Assembly: GCF_036321535.1 (NCBI RefSeq) | Contig: NC_087437.1 | Location: 36,024,001-36,088,000, forward strand | Length of the DNA stretch: 64,000 bases | From: Camelus dromedarius | Lineage: Eukaryota | Reading direction: 5' to 3' | In this document: positions 1 through 13,330 of the stretch, one piece after another | Position numbering within the stretch: position 1 is the first letter of the stretch | Layout of the letters: each line of letters starts with the position of its first letter | Program-made: the position numbers and the translations under genes | Notes under the pieces: model-generated | Told to the model about the DNA's origin: nothing | Seen by the model: only the letters and a program-made list of their open reading frames with translations | The model's database searches: none

Positions 1-3000
1 ATTATTGATCTCTGCAGACTTGCTATGTCTTCCTGGTTCAGTCTCAGTAGGTTGTATGATTCTAGGAAATTATCCATTTTTTCTAGTTTATCTAATTTGT
101 TGTTCATAGTAGTCTCTGAGGATACTGTGTATTTCTGTAGTGTCAATTATTATATCTCCTCTTTCATTTCTGAATTTTTATTTCTTAACTAACCTCACTA
201 AAGTTTTCTCAATTTTGTTTATCTTTTTGTAAAAAAAAACTCTTGGTTTCATTGATCTTTTCTATTTTTTTTTTCCTGGTCTCTATTGCATTTGGTTCCA
301 CTTTGATCTTTATTATTTCCTTCCTTCTACTAACTTTGGGATTAATCTGTTCTTTTTTTAGTTCCTTGAGTTATAAAGTTAGGTTGTTTATATATGATCT
401 AATATCTTAATATAAGCATTTATTGCTATAAATTTTCATCTCAGAAACACTTTTGCAGTGTCCATAGGTTTGGGGAAGTTGTTTATTGTTTCATTTGTTT
501 CAAGTTACTCTGATTTCCCTTTTGATTTCATCTTTGATTCATTGGTTGTTTAGGAGTCTTTATTTTTCACATACTTGTAGACTTTCCAGCTTTCCTAAAG
601 TTGCTGATTTCTAGTTTCAAACCATTGTGGATAGAAAAGAGACTTGGTATGATTTCAGTCTTCTTAAATTTCCTAAGATTTATTTTCTGTCCTATCATAT
701 GATCTATCCTTGAGAACGCTCCATGTGCAATTGAGAGGAATCTGTATTCTGCTACTGTTGGATAAAATGTTCTATAAATGTCTATTAGATCCATTTGGTC
801 TAAGGTCTGATTCAAACTGATTTGTTTCTTTGATTTTCTGTCTGGATGACCTATTCATTGTTAAAAGGGCATTGATGTCTCACACCATTATTGCACTGTT
901 ATATTTTTCTCCTTTCATTTCTGTTAGTATTTGCTTAATATATTCAGGTGTTCCAATGTTGGGTACTTACATATTTATAATTGTTATATCTTGATTGATT
1001 GTTCCCTTTCCCATTATATAATGAACTTCCTTGTATTTTATTACTGTTTTTGGCTAAAGTCAATTTTGTCTGATATAAGTATAGCTATCCCTGCTTTCTT
1101 TTGGTTTCTACTTGCATGGGATATCTTTTTCCATCCCTTTACTTTGAGTCAATGTGCATTCTTAAATCAGAATTTGGTCACTTGTAAGCAGGGTATAGTT
1201 GATTTATTTTAATTCATACAGCCACTCTAACTTTTTGATTGGTAATTTCAATCCATTTACTTTTACAGTAGTTTTTGTTTATGTAAGAACTTACTAATAC
1301 CATCTTCTTAATTACTTTCTGATTGTTTTGTATTTCCATGGTTTCTTTTTCTGTCTCTGCCTACTTTCATAAATTGGTTATTTTCCATGCTTATATGTTC
1401 TTTTTCTCCTTTCCTTGTTTTTTATGGATCTACTGTAAGTTTTTGCTTTGTGGTTACCTTGTGATTTTTCATATAAAATATCTTATCAATAAGAGTCCAC
1501 TTTAGGCTGATGGTAACTTACGTTTGAATGCCTATAAAGCCCTTGCCCATTTATGTTACTACCATTACAATTTACTTTTTATGTTGTGTATTCATTAACA
1601 GTTTATAGTCAGTACAGTTATTTTTACTATTCTTTCCTTTCTATACTATAGTTGAGTGGTTAACACACCATCCTAATACAGAGGTACAGTTTTCTAAGAT
1701 TGTACATTTTCCACCTTTACCAGTGTGTTGTATATTTTGACATATTTTCATGATGCTGTCTAGTGTCTTTCATTTCACCTTGAAGAACTCCTTTTAGCAT
1801 TTCCTGTAAGGCAGGTCTAGTGGTAGTGAATTCTCTCAGTTTGTGTTTGTCTGGAAAAGCCTTCATATCCAAAGACTAACTTTGCCAGGTAATGTATTCT
1901 TGGACGGACATTTTTATCTTTCAACACTTTGAATATGTCATTCCACTCTCTTCTGGCCTATAGAGTTTGTGCTGAGAAATCTGCTGATAGCCTAATGGTA
2001 GTTCCTTTTTAGGTTCATTATTTTGTTCCCTGGCTGCCTTTCAGTTTCTTTCTTTATCATTGATTTTTTTATAGTTTCATTTTAATATGTCTTAAAGCAG
2101 GTATTTTTCCATTGAGATAATAGGGAATTGTATTAGCTAGTGGACTTGTATGTCCCAGTTTTCCCTTACACTTGGGAAGTTCTCAGCTCTTACTTCTTTA
2201 AATAACCTCTCTGTTCCCTCCTCCTTCCCTCCCTCCTTTATCCTTTTGGAATCCCATTTATTCTGACACTTGCCTTTTTGATAGTATTCAATAAATCTTT
2301 TTGATAGTATCCAATAGTTTTTATAGGCTTTCTTCATTCTTTAAATCAGAGTTCTCCCTCTTCTTCTGTTATTTCCATATTCCTCTCCTCCTATTCATTT
2401 ATGCTTTCCTCTATCTGGTGTTCCCTGTTTCAGGTGCTCTCTTTGATATTCTTCATGTCATTCCTTGAATCCTTCACTTCTAGAATTTCTGGGGTTTTTT
2501 TTTCTCATAATATCAATTTCTTTGGTAAAATAGCCTTCTGTTCATAGATTTTTTTTTCTGAGTTCATTGAATTGTCCTGCTGAGATTTCTTCTAGTTCAT
2601 TGAGTTTCTTCATGATAGATATTTTGAATACTTTATCAGTTAAATCACAATATTCTAGGTCTTTTGAGCTCAGCTGCTGGAAAATTATTTTCTTTTTGTA
2701 ATACCATATTTCCTTGATTTTTCATATTGCTTTTAGTTATGCATTTTTACTTATGCATTTCAAGTAGAAGCACCTCCTTAACTTAGACTTTATGTCTTCT
2801 CTGGTTTTTACAGTTCACCAGACTGGCTATTGAAACCACTCATTTGTTTTCTAGAAGGTGGCACTAGCTCAAGTTTGTGGTTTCTCCCTTGCCCACAGAT
2901 CATTGCTTTTCTGAGCTGTTCTCTGTGCACAAGGAGCAAGCAGCAGAGTTGGGGAGGTGTGGATCTAGCACTCAGTGCGGTGAGGATACGTGGAGACCCA

Positions 3001-3710
3001 GGAAGAAAATCCCCAGAGGTGGCATTCCCAGAGGCTCCGGGATGGACTTCCTGCTGAGCATAGTGCTTTCAAGGCTGTTTGAAATTCTCATCTGTCTCTT
3101 TCCCTCTCCAAGTCTTAAAGTTCTCACCTTAGTACTCCAGGTGCTGGTGGAGAGAAATCATCCTGCCCAGCTGGAGTGGTCAGACCCTCCCTCAATGACA
3201 TCTTATTTCCTAGTGGGAGAAATCACCTTTGCCAGATGAATTAGTTCCAATCAGCCCCACTTTGGGGGTGAGGTGACATGGGAAAGTTTTTCTTATTTCT
3301 TCTGCTGCTACTAAACTCATATTTTCCTTTTTGTTTTTCTTTTCTTTTTTTTTTCTCTCGAATGGTCAGAACCTTCCTTCAGAAGGGCTGAGCTTCTGCA
3401 AGTTCAGTTTCATGGATGAGGGTCTGCCTGTTTTAAGTACTAATCTGATTCCTGCCTGACAGCAGTGAAGAGGGATCCAGGAAGCCTTGTGGGCTCCACT
3501 GGTTTTGCATCCCATGTGGAAGTTTGTCTACCTTCTACCTCCTGCACTGGTAGGTGAGATTCCCTTTGAATCTCTTGTAGCAAGGTGCAAAGCCTAGAAA
3601 ACCCCCAACAAAGTCACTCTTGTTTATGTATGGATGTCTAATTTGTTGAATAAAAAAGGGGGATAAGGAGGACCATCTTAATTGCCTCCACATTGCTGAT
3701 GTCACTCCAA
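1..3710 (-). mobile_element. LINE-1, 5' portion (5' UTR, degraded ORF1, endonuclease part of ORF2); runs off the window start
   Basis: ORF 567-815(-) gives MDLIDIYRTFYP...HGAFSRIDHMIG, the L1 ORF2 endonuclease. ORF 2137-2337(-) gives LFKEVRAENFP...DIQVH, which is ORF1-like. The end near 3690-3710 resembles the 5' end of the L1 at 50000-50030. Many stops and frameshifts. Confidence 0.93.
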
Positions 3711-4049
3711 ACCAGTCTTTTAAATAAATAGGCTGAATAGTTACCAGGAAATAAAAAATAAAATTGGTATTTTCAGCACAAAAACTGGAAATAGTAAAAA
3801 GAAACAAAAGGAAATTCTAGAATTGAAAATGTAGTCATGGATTCAGAATTAAATATGTAGACAAAACTTAAACCACAATTATTAAACTGGAAAACAGGAC
3901 AGGAGAAAAAAAATACCAGCACAGATAAAGAGAAATAGAGATAAATACAGAGACACATGAGAAACAAAGAGAAGGGCTTTAAGAGTCACAGAGGATGAGG
4001 TGAAAATTTCTAACATCTGAGTATAATTTGAATCTCAAGAGAGCCAGGA

Positions 4050-5480
4050 TACTCTTGGAGAGAAAGTTAGGAGGATTTAATTTGTCAGAAAACAAGATTT
4101 ATTATAAAGCTACAGTAATTAAAGGAATGTATGGTATTGGCACAAAGATGGTCTGATGTATCAGTGAAACGGACTAGAGTTCATTCATGTGTAAACATTT
4201 GAATTATGACCAAAATGACACAGTAGATTAGTGGAGAAAGGACTTTAAAAAACTGTCACCTAGATATACATATTTTTAAATGTATGATTAATTTAAAATA
4301 CCTCAACCATATACAAAAATCAATTGTGGGTAGATTGTGAATCTAAATGTAAAAAAATAAACCACATATCTTTTGAAAGATAAAAGGACAATATCTTCCT
4401 GATATCTAGTTAGGAAAATTTTAAAGAGGATACATCAAAAAAAACAAAACAAAACAAAACAAAACACCTAATCAAGAAGGAAAGAGCCATATTTACAATT
4501 CCATTAAATTAAAAAATTTTGTTCATCAGAAGACACTATTTAGAGAATGAAAAGTTAAGATGTACTTAGTTGTATGCTATTTGTTTTATATATATGCATA
4601 TATATAAAACCAACAAAGGGATACTGTTCATATTATTTAAGAACCCCTCATAAATAAATGAAACAAAATGGATACTCAATATAAAAAACAGTAGGTGGGG
4701 TCTTGAAAGTCTACTTTACTAAGTAGACAATAGTTACTTTTAAGGATTAGCAAATTATTAGCAGTAAAATATAAATTAAGTTCACAATATTGTGTTTCAT
4801 TCCTTCATTGGAAGAGCAACAGTGAAAAAGACAGGCAATACCAAGTGATGTACAAGCTATAGAGCAACTGAAGCTCACACATGGCAAGTGTAAGTGTACA
4901 ACCACTTTGGAATACAAATAAACATATCACTTGGAGAACAGAAATTGCACTCCTAGGTGACACCCAAAAGAAATAGGTACACATTTGTACCAAAGTACGT
5001 GCACAAGAGTGTTCATAGCAGCATTATAATAGCTCTAAATTGAAAAAACCAAAACATTAGCAGAAGAATGGCCTATCTGTAAGATGAAATAGCTGAGTCA
5101 ATATACATGCACGAACTGCTGCTGCAAGTAGCAACATGAATCTCTGAAATTGTTGCATTAAAGAACACAACACAGCAGAATACATAGTGTTTGGTTTCAT
5201 TTATATAAAGTTTAAAAACAGGCAAAACTAATCTGTAGTTTTAGAGAACAGTAGAGTGGTCACCATTGGAGTAAAAAGGATAGAATGGTGCTTGGAAACA
5301 AGCACGATTAGGGAATAGAGTTCTTGAGTAACTCCAAGACATACTTGGAAAGATGTACTTCTTGTTCTAGGTGATGGTTGCATGGGTTTGTTCATTTTGG
5401 AATAATTCATGTGGCTGGAAGTTTATGTTCTGTGCACTGTTTTGTATGTTTTTATTTCAAAAAATAGTCAAAAAAAATCA
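4050..5480 (+). mobile_element. Old L1M (ORF2 3' end and 3' UTR remnant)
   Basis: Degenerate L1 motifs such as ttattataaagctacagtaattaa, caaaaatcaatt, gtgttcatagcagcatta and aaaacaggcaaaactaatct; A-rich end near 5460-5480. Confidence 0.8.
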
Positions 5481-5779
5481 AAATGTGAACTTATAATAAA
5501 TGCATTCTTTATTTTTCTATTTGAGGAAGAAAGAATTTTCTAAACTATTTATAGAGAAAAATACATATATTTGGCTACATAAAGATTAAATTTTTATAAA
5601 GTGAAAATGTGAATATTTATGTCATAGTAAGTGAAAACATGCAAAACATATGCAGCACATGACAAATGACTGATTTTCTTAGCACTGCATAATATAAATT
5701 AATGCACTACCCTGGTAAAAGTTGTAGAACCTTGCAAAAATATTCAGATTTTCACAAAATTTCAGGTATTCCTAAATAA

Positions 5780-5935
5780 TTGAGAGATTTGTCAAAGCAT
5801 TTCATTTTATCTCATTTTTCAGATAGGAAATAAGATTCAAAGATGTTTAAGCACCTTTCAGGGTTATCGAGACAATAAAGGACAAACCTGGATTTCAAAT
5901 CTCTCCAAATTATAGTGTCCTTTGCACTAGTCTTT
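5780..5935 (-). mobile_element. MIR SINE remnant
   Basis: atctcatttttcagataggaaataagattcaaagatgtttaag resembles the MIR core. Confidence 0.6.
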
Positions 5936-6631
5936 CTTGAATTGTAATGTGAGTTGAATGATTAGGGATCTTGTTAAAACTCATACCGCATGAACCACAG
6001 TTGGAGTAGCAAGATCACTTGGCATACCACCTGTGTGTTACCCACGATGTGCCACAAACTTGGCTAGGAAATTTAGAACCACAAAGATAAATAATGCCCT
6101 GTTTTTGTCCTTACAGAGCTTAAAGCCTAATAGGAAAATTTTTAAATAACAATAAAAAGCTCTGATAAGATTCAGTATTCTGCTGATAATACTAAATAAT
6201 TGAGCTTCCCAAAATAACATTTTTTGGGGTAATGTCAAAAGTTCAGAAATACCAGAATTAAAACCCCAGTGAATCACCAAAGTAGTAATTGTTAAAAGTT
6301 CATTGTGCACTCGCCACAAAGACAGTTTGCAAACTGAGAACACACAAACCAAAACATGGAATGAGACTCTGGGGTATATTGTTATAAAGTAGCTTATATG
6401 GTGAGAAAGCAGTGATTGATTTTTCTTCACAGTGTTTGGTTATATTATATAAGAATTTCTTAACCACTGACTAATTCCCTATCATTTATCTCGTATCAAC
6501 CTTGGGAAATAGTTTTAAGTCTGGCTTCTAGATTTCTGAAGCACAGGAGAGACATGACCCAGGTCAACTTAGTCTTGCAAAATAAGCTAAATTATGTTTT
6601 GTTTGCATGACGAAACTTTTTGTCTGCTTAG

Positions 6632-6673
6632 GGTATCTTCAGGGCTGGTCTCTGTTGGCTTTTGACTTTAACG
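6632..6673 (+). CDS. Candidate 42-nt internal coding exon of an unidentified gene (xYLQGWSLLAFDFN)
   Basis: Branch-like tgac, pyrimidine tract tttttgtctgcttAG, and donor ACG|GTAAGA in non-repeat DNA. Joins in frame to the candidate exon at 14797. No homology confirmation. Confidence 0.5.
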
Positions 6674-7569
6674 GTAAGAAGGCTAAGACCTTAGCAGGAT
6701 TGCCTTGTGTACTTCCCCAGAATAGCATCAAAATAAGCTCATCGTGTACAAATAGGAAATACATACATATAAATGGGATCACCTGTGAGTACATGTTTAT
6801 GTATTTAAAACTCTTCTTGGTAACTATCTTCACTGCAGAATGGTGCCACTCTGTGAGCATTGATATATTTAAGGCTTTTAGTTCTTCATAAACTGTGCAA
6901 TCGGCTACATTGTAAGATGTGACTGATTTGCATAAGTTTATCATCTGTTGAAGACTCAACCTCATTTTCAAATGTTTGAACAATCTCATAATAAGTAAAC
7001 ATTAAAAAGTTTAATCCACGAGTAATAGATTTTCCCAAATAAACACATTTCAGCTATAATCACAGGATATTATGGATATCCTGCCATTTCTATCATCTGA
7101 ATTTTAGTCCAATTTTGTGAAGCTCATTACTGAAAAGTGGATAGTTTGCTGATTTGCACTCTCAAGAGTTTTCTTAATTGAGTAGATATCTTACATCCTG
7201 TGTGTGTAATAATATCTGATTATAAACTGATCTAAGCAGCCTAACATTTTAATTAGCAGAAAAGCTTTAGTCACTTTCATAAAACCACACAAACTACTAA
7301 TTTTATTATAATCTGTATTAATAACAGCAGATATAGTTATTTTTCACTCTTAATAATTTGGGAAATAGAATAGCTATAGAAAGAAAATTAAAATATGTGA
7401 TAAAAATTGTGAAAATACGAACTAAGTGGTTAAATATTTTCAGCATAGGATAAAAGATGAGAAGTATTACTCAGACAATATTTAGAAATAGAATTTTGAG
7501 AAGAACATGATTCATTTTACCAATATCACAGGTGATATAGTGGTATTTTTATAAGATAATATCAGCATC

Positions 7570-8025
7570 TTTTTAAAAAAATTTTAAATTTATTTTTTTT
7601 AATTGAAGTATAGTTGATTTAGTGTGCAGTTCCATAGTGTAATCGTTAGTGCTCTGGACTCTAAAGTATAGTTGATTTACAATGTTGTGGAAGTTTCTGG
7701 TGTACTGCATAGAGATTCAGTTATACATATATACTTTTTCATATTCTTTTTATCATAGATTATTACAAGATGTTGAATATAGTTCCCTGTGCAATAAGTA
7801 GAACCATATAGTTGTTTATCTGTTTTATATATAGTAGTTTATATCTGCTAATCCCAAATTCCTAATTTATCCCTCCCCACCTCCTTTCCCCTTTGGTAAC
7901 CATAGTTTGTTTTCTATGTTTGTGAATCTGTTTCTGTTTTCTTAATAAGTTCATTTGTATCATTTATTTAGAGTACACATATAAGTAATATCATATGATA
8001 TTTGTCTTTCTGTCTGACCTACTTA
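7570..8025 (-). mobile_element. 5'-truncated L1 3' end (younger artiodactyl-type)
   Basis: T-rich tail followed by ttttaattgaagtatagttgatttacaatgttgtg...gttccctgtgcaata...ctttggtaaccatagtttg, a typical reverse-complement L1 3' UTR. Confidence 0.88.
7622..7663 (+). pseudogene. Tailless 5'-half tRNA-Gln(CTG) retropseudogene
   Basis: 7628-7662 matches recalled tRNA-Gln GGTTCCATGGTGTAATGGTTAGCACTCTGGACTCT at 30/35. Flanked by the perfect direct repeat aagtatagttgattta (7606-7621 and 7664-7679). Confidence 0.82.
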
Positions 8026-8569
8026 AAATCTGGAACTAAAAGGTATAAAGAAATTGCTTGCATTAAATATAATTGGAAGTTCATAACCTTTGAAAATTAT
8101 TTAAAATATGGCAGATACTTTTGATGAGGAAATGGAAGAGGTTTAAAGTTGAACACAAACTTCTGAAATGTACGTTAGTTAGTAAATGACATTGTCAAAT
8201 GTTGAAACTTAATGAACCAGATGAATGTAAACCAGAAGGTAACTTTCTGAGAGTATTTTAACTATATTCCCCATAGAAATAATACAGAACTTCCAGGGGC
8301 TATGGTATCTTTTGTCAACTAAAAGTACCACAAAATACAGGAAATACAAATAGGGCTATAAATAACCATATGACAGCGATTTTGAATAAAATCAGTGTAA
8401 AAGATAGTTAAAATGTGGTCCTACCTTGATTTCATATTTTACTTATTCCAACCCGTACTTCATATTATATTAAGTGGAATTTGTTCACAAATGGAATAGC
8501 ACATTGCCTTGTTCATAGCAGTTTTAAAATGAGTATATGTAGAATAAGCTAATGAATGAATGTCATAGC

Positions 8570-10390
8570 TAATTAACCATATTTATTGAGTGCCTCTGAT
8601 GTGTCAGACACAATGTCAGATGGTTGAGATGTCATTAATGCAGCAGACAAGGTCCCTGTCTCCATGAAATTTACAGCCTGTCCAGGTAGACATAGTAATC
8701 AAATGATTTCAAGTGGTAAAGGTAAAAGCAAATGAACAGTATTAGGTCCTAGAGGATTTTATATTACTGAGGGGTAAGGATTTGGGAGGACAACTATTTA
8801 ACCTCAGGCTCAGGAGAGTAACTTTTTAGCTGAGAACTGAAAAAAAAAAAAAAAAGGCATATTAGGTGCAAAGATAGAATGTTCTGGGCAGAGAAAACCA
8901 TGTGTAATGGTAGATCCTCCAATGAGAGAATGTGCTGTGTTCAAGGAAATGCAGGAAATCCAGTATAAATCTTCATCCAGCATGAAGAGAGAGAGAGGTG
9001 TGCCCAAAGCAGGAGTGTTGGGCCGGAGCCAATCATACATGCTCCAAGCAACAGGAAAGCTTAGAAGGATTCTGAGCAGGGAAATGATGTGGCCAGACCT
9101 CTGTATTTAAAAGACCCTCTGACAGATGTAATGAAAGGAGAACAGGGATAGACAGAAGCATCATGGGGAGCCTCAGACAACTTAAATCATAGGAATGGTT
9201 GTTACCCCCTAAGGGGGAGGCCTTGGTTCTTGTCTCGGCCGAAAGAGTTCAGACAGGAGACAAAAGCATTGTGTACTTAAAGATATTAAAGATATTATTA
9301 GCAATGCCAAAGTTCACCTCCAAGTGTGAAAGGCAGGCTGATCCAAAAGAGAATGGTAGCCCAGTCTTTCATTGTCCTTCTGTCTTATACTTTTGCTTAG
9401 AGGAGGTCTCTTGATTGATTGACGGCTCTTGCCCCTGGAGTGCTTAGTTATGCCCATCCCCTTTTGCGCGTGTCCTTACCCATGATGGACACAGAAATGT
9501 CCACAGGGGGGTAAGGGGGAGGTGCTAAACTGCAATGCTAATTTTATTACAATATGTGTTGTGTCATGTCCAGTTAGGTCCTTGTTGCTACCACAGCTGT
9601 CCAGTCCCAACTGGTTTCTTACTGGCACTCATTTAGAGGAAGTAAAGCTCCTTATGCTAGAGGTGGGCATATTGCCATCTTTGAGACCATTCTCCCTCGC
9701 CTCCACCTCATCTCCTTGGTGCCTCCACGTACCTAACTGATTCAGAAAGAGGACAAGGAGGACTTAGTGGCTTATACCCAAGAAAACCCTGAACTCCCAG
9801 CAGGGTTTCAACAAAGCATATTTAAAGGCCAGGCAAGGGAGGGGGGTTGGAGGCTCCGGGCCAGTAACTGCTTAACATGGTGAGAAATGAAGGTAACATA
9901 TCAAAATGGAAGCAGTAGAGTTGGAGGCAGATGTGCAGTTTTTGGAGGGAGAAGATAAAGAAGCAAAGGTTATTTATAATTTTCTAGATGGCTAATAGGG
10001 CAGTTTATTGAAATTAAAACTTCTATAGAAGAAATAGACTTGGAAAGGTCACAAGTTAAGTTTAGAGTATTTGGGGTTTAAATGAATGTGAAACATGAAA
10101 GTGCAGCTTTCAGGAAATTAAGGGATACATTTCAGTCTAGAGGACTGAGCAAGCCAGGAAGGAAATACAACAGTGGGTATACCTGGGGCATTGAACACAT
10201 GAGCATAAAAGAGATTTTGAGATTGCCGAGAGAGAATGTAGAGTGAGCACAGAACAGGGTCTAGACTGAAGCCCTGACAGTTGCTCTCGTATACTCATTG
10301 GCTGATGGGCAGAGAAGTAGTACGCAAAGACACCATAAAAATCTACTGTAGACAGCAATTAAATGAGAAAACAAGAGAACTCTTAGAATC
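8570..10390 (-). mobile_element. LINE-2 remnant, interrupted by the solo LTR at 9200-9877
   Basis: atttattgagtgcctctgatgtgtcagacac is the reverse complement of the L2 3' end, followed by purine-rich L2-like sequence on both sides of the LTR. Confidence 0.75.
9200..9877 (-). mobile_element. ERV1-type solo LTR containing a templated insertion
   Basis: TGTTA...TAACA termini, 4-bp TSD tggt (9196-9199 and 9878-9881), clear similarity to the LTRs at 21149 and 38448. Confidence 0.88.
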
Positions 10391-10399
10391 CTACATTAA

Positions 10400-10501
10400 T
10401 TGGAGTCGTCGCATATGGTTGTGCAGTTTAAGCAGTTCACAGTGACCTCCAGTCAGCTTCCCTCACCAAGCTCAGATCCCTGGTTAAAGGGTATTTTAGC
10501 C

Positions 10502-10534
<33 letters not shown>

Positions 10535-10612
10535 CTTTTTGTGATGTGTCTATAGGGAGCATTTTTTGTCATTTACACAAGGATATAGTATGTGCTAGTC
10601 ACCACCACTGGT
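10400..10612. mobile_element. hAT-type non-autonomous DNA transposon remnant (MER91-like) containing an A28 tract
   Basis: catatggttgtgcag near the start and ttacacaaggatatagtatgtgctag near the end resemble my recollection of MER91-class consensus. Confidence 0.45.
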
Positions 10613-11279
10613 CTAGTTTTGCTTTCTCAAGACTAAAAAAAGGCTGCTATATGCATAAGTGGGACAGAAATCTAATTCCTACAATTAGAGGCAACTATTT
10701 AAAAATGTCACAATCATTAAAGTGAAAATATACCTGGGAAAAGTATCAGTGAGCTTTGCTCATGTTTTACAATTAAGTTTAAATTAGTATCAGTAGTTTT
10801 CTAAAGGAATAGTCAGTAGATATAAGAGGATTGAGGAGTTTATGGGGCATAATTACAGGAAATGTCACATGGTAAAGCTGCAAAAGAAGAAAAGATACCC
10901 CAAAAAAGGAATTCTCAACATTTCTGATGAGCTTCCCATTAAGCTCTCCCCATGGTTTGGAAACTGTCCAGCCACTAAAATAGCCACGAGTGGTGAGTGT
11001 CAGAGCTTGCAGATTGTGATCATTCTGTCCAGTGTTTTCTATCTCAAATTATACTGTAGACAAGTGAAGTTTCTCATATCTCAACCTGTACCTGCAACAG
11101 AGAGGGACAAAGCGGAGGAGAGAGAAAGAGGGGAATCGAGCATTTTGTCACCTCAGAAGTTTATGCAAGAGGGCACAGGCATGATGTTGTGGGCTGGTCA
11201 TTATGAAACATTACATTCATTTTGAATAAGGGAGCAAGTATGACTAGCATAGAATTATTCGGCAAGCTCACGGTAGACC

Positions 11280-11735
11280 TGTTAACCAAATGCAAGTTCC
11301 TGAGGCCAAACTGAAACATGGGAATTTGGAACAGAAAAAGGTTCATTGCAGGGCAGAGCAAGGAGGACTTAGTGGCTTATACCCAAGAAAACCCTGAACT
11401 CCCAGAAGGGTTTCAGCAAAGCATATTTAAAGGCCAAGCAAGGGAGGGGGGTTGGAGGCTCCGGGCTCAGCTCGTGCACAATTCTCTGGTTGGTTTATGT
11501 TGAGACAACAGGGCGGCCAGTAACTATCAACCCCTAGGCACCAGAAGGTTTAGGTCTATGTGCTCTTGATCATCAAGTAGTTAATTTCTTCCCTTTGATG
11601 GTGGTTTTCAGCATCTGGAAAACTCAGGAAATATATATGAGATGCTATTATCTGGGTAGTTCAGAGAGGAGCTGCAGCAGAGGAGATAGGGGAGGGATCT
11701 GACCCGGGAAGGCCTCACAGGGTCCTGCCAGGCAC
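11280..11735 (-). mobile_element. ERV1-type solo LTR (second family)
   Basis: Starts TGTTAA, carries degenerate minus-strand poly(A) and TATA-like motifs, and ends near ggtcctgcc. Right boundary and TSD unclear. Confidence 0.75.
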
Positions 11736-13049
11736 TGTATTCCAACTTAATCATCTGTACAATGGGGTGATAATACCGCATTAACTTTTCCTTCGGAATT
11801 TATAGGTTAAAAATAAAGTAGAAAAACAGAATTTCAATAGTACTTGATTCAGAAAGAGGACAATAAACGTCAAGTTCCTTGATGTTAAATGCTTTTAATG
11901 ATCATCCAGGTTAAAACCCTACTTAGAGCTTTTGCAATTAACTAAATCATTATGTTGCAATATTTAAATGTGCCAATGTAAAAGGGAGCATCACTAAACA
12001 ATTCCAATGACTTACACTCTAACTCATCCCAGGGACTACTGAAACTCTTGTTTAAAAATGGCCAGAAAGGAAGTCGGCTCTATGGTAGTAACATGTTTGG
12101 GAAAATGGAGCAGTGAGTAACTTACATGTGTGTTACTAACATAACTCATTTCCGTATGTTCTTCCAGCATCCCATCCCCAAACACAAGTAAATTGGAGAA
12201 AATTTCCTTTGAAAAGTTTCTAAACATTTTTCTTTTCTCATAAAGTGCTTTCATCAGAAGATGGCAGTAAAATCTCATAATCCATAATGTTTACAAGTCA
12301 TTTCCAGCAGTGTAATCAAATTGTTTGGAATATTTATAAAAATCTATTTTATTCTTACTTAAACTACTAATCTGTTGAAATGCTGTTTGGTATGAATAAC
12401 AGCACATGATTTTTGAAGGCAGTGGGATGAGAGACACTTTATAATTTGAATAACTCCTCAGCAAAAATAAACAATTTATTTGATCCTTTAAATTAGTGGA
12501 AATGAGTATATAACATTTTAAAGTTGTTTTTATTTTCTTAGGGAAGTGCTTTTAAAAATCACTACAGTATAGATTCTTTTAAAGACAAGTTCATTTGAAA
12601 ATTTGTAAACATTTGTACGTGAAATTAGGCCCAATAACTGCTCAATTTATTTTCTCTAGAGAACAAGTAAAACAATATATATTTTACTTTCTGAAAAAAG
12701 AAATAGAAAAATGGCATTCTGTGGTAAATGCAAATATTTTTGGTTTTTAAATTATCTAAGTTAGTTTAAATTTATCTGAAGTCTCTTTTGTAATGACATT
12801 TAATGTGCTGTCAGTGAGCTGCACTTGAGCATAAAGAAAATTTGGCCTTGACAAGGTTATAATAATAGTGGAAGTACATTATGAAGAACTAGGCAGGAAC
12901 CATGTAATAAAAATTCCTATGACCCAAGCTATGGGATTTGAACCTGATGCCTCATCATCTCGTTCCAGAGAGCCAGGTAACATTTTTAAGGTGTGTATAT
13001 CCATTGTCTACATTTAGTCTGTACATCTCAGTTGTGGTCTAGTGACTGG

Positions 13050-13330
13050 CCCTCCAGGGGTCTGTGCGTCTGCCTCACGGTAGCTCTGCTTGGGATCCAA
13101 AAACTAGTACACGTGCCTCATGCAAAAGTGTAAGAATCTCTCGCCCTCTCTGACTCTTCCAGCTCTGGTGATTTTAGCTGTTTCCTGCTGTTTTGAAACC
13201 TAAGATTCCTCTGTTGGTTCTTTCTGCTCCCAGCATATGTGTAATCAGTTCTCTGAATTAAATTCCCTTTGAAATACCTGTCTTGGTTTCTGTTTCCCTG
13301 TATGGTTTCCTATTACCTGATAGGTGAATA
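13050..13330 (+). mobile_element. Old ERVL LTR remnant (LTR33-like)
   Basis: aaattccctttgaaatacctgtcttggtttctgtttccctg resembles the 3' end of LTR33-class elements. Confidence 0.55.
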
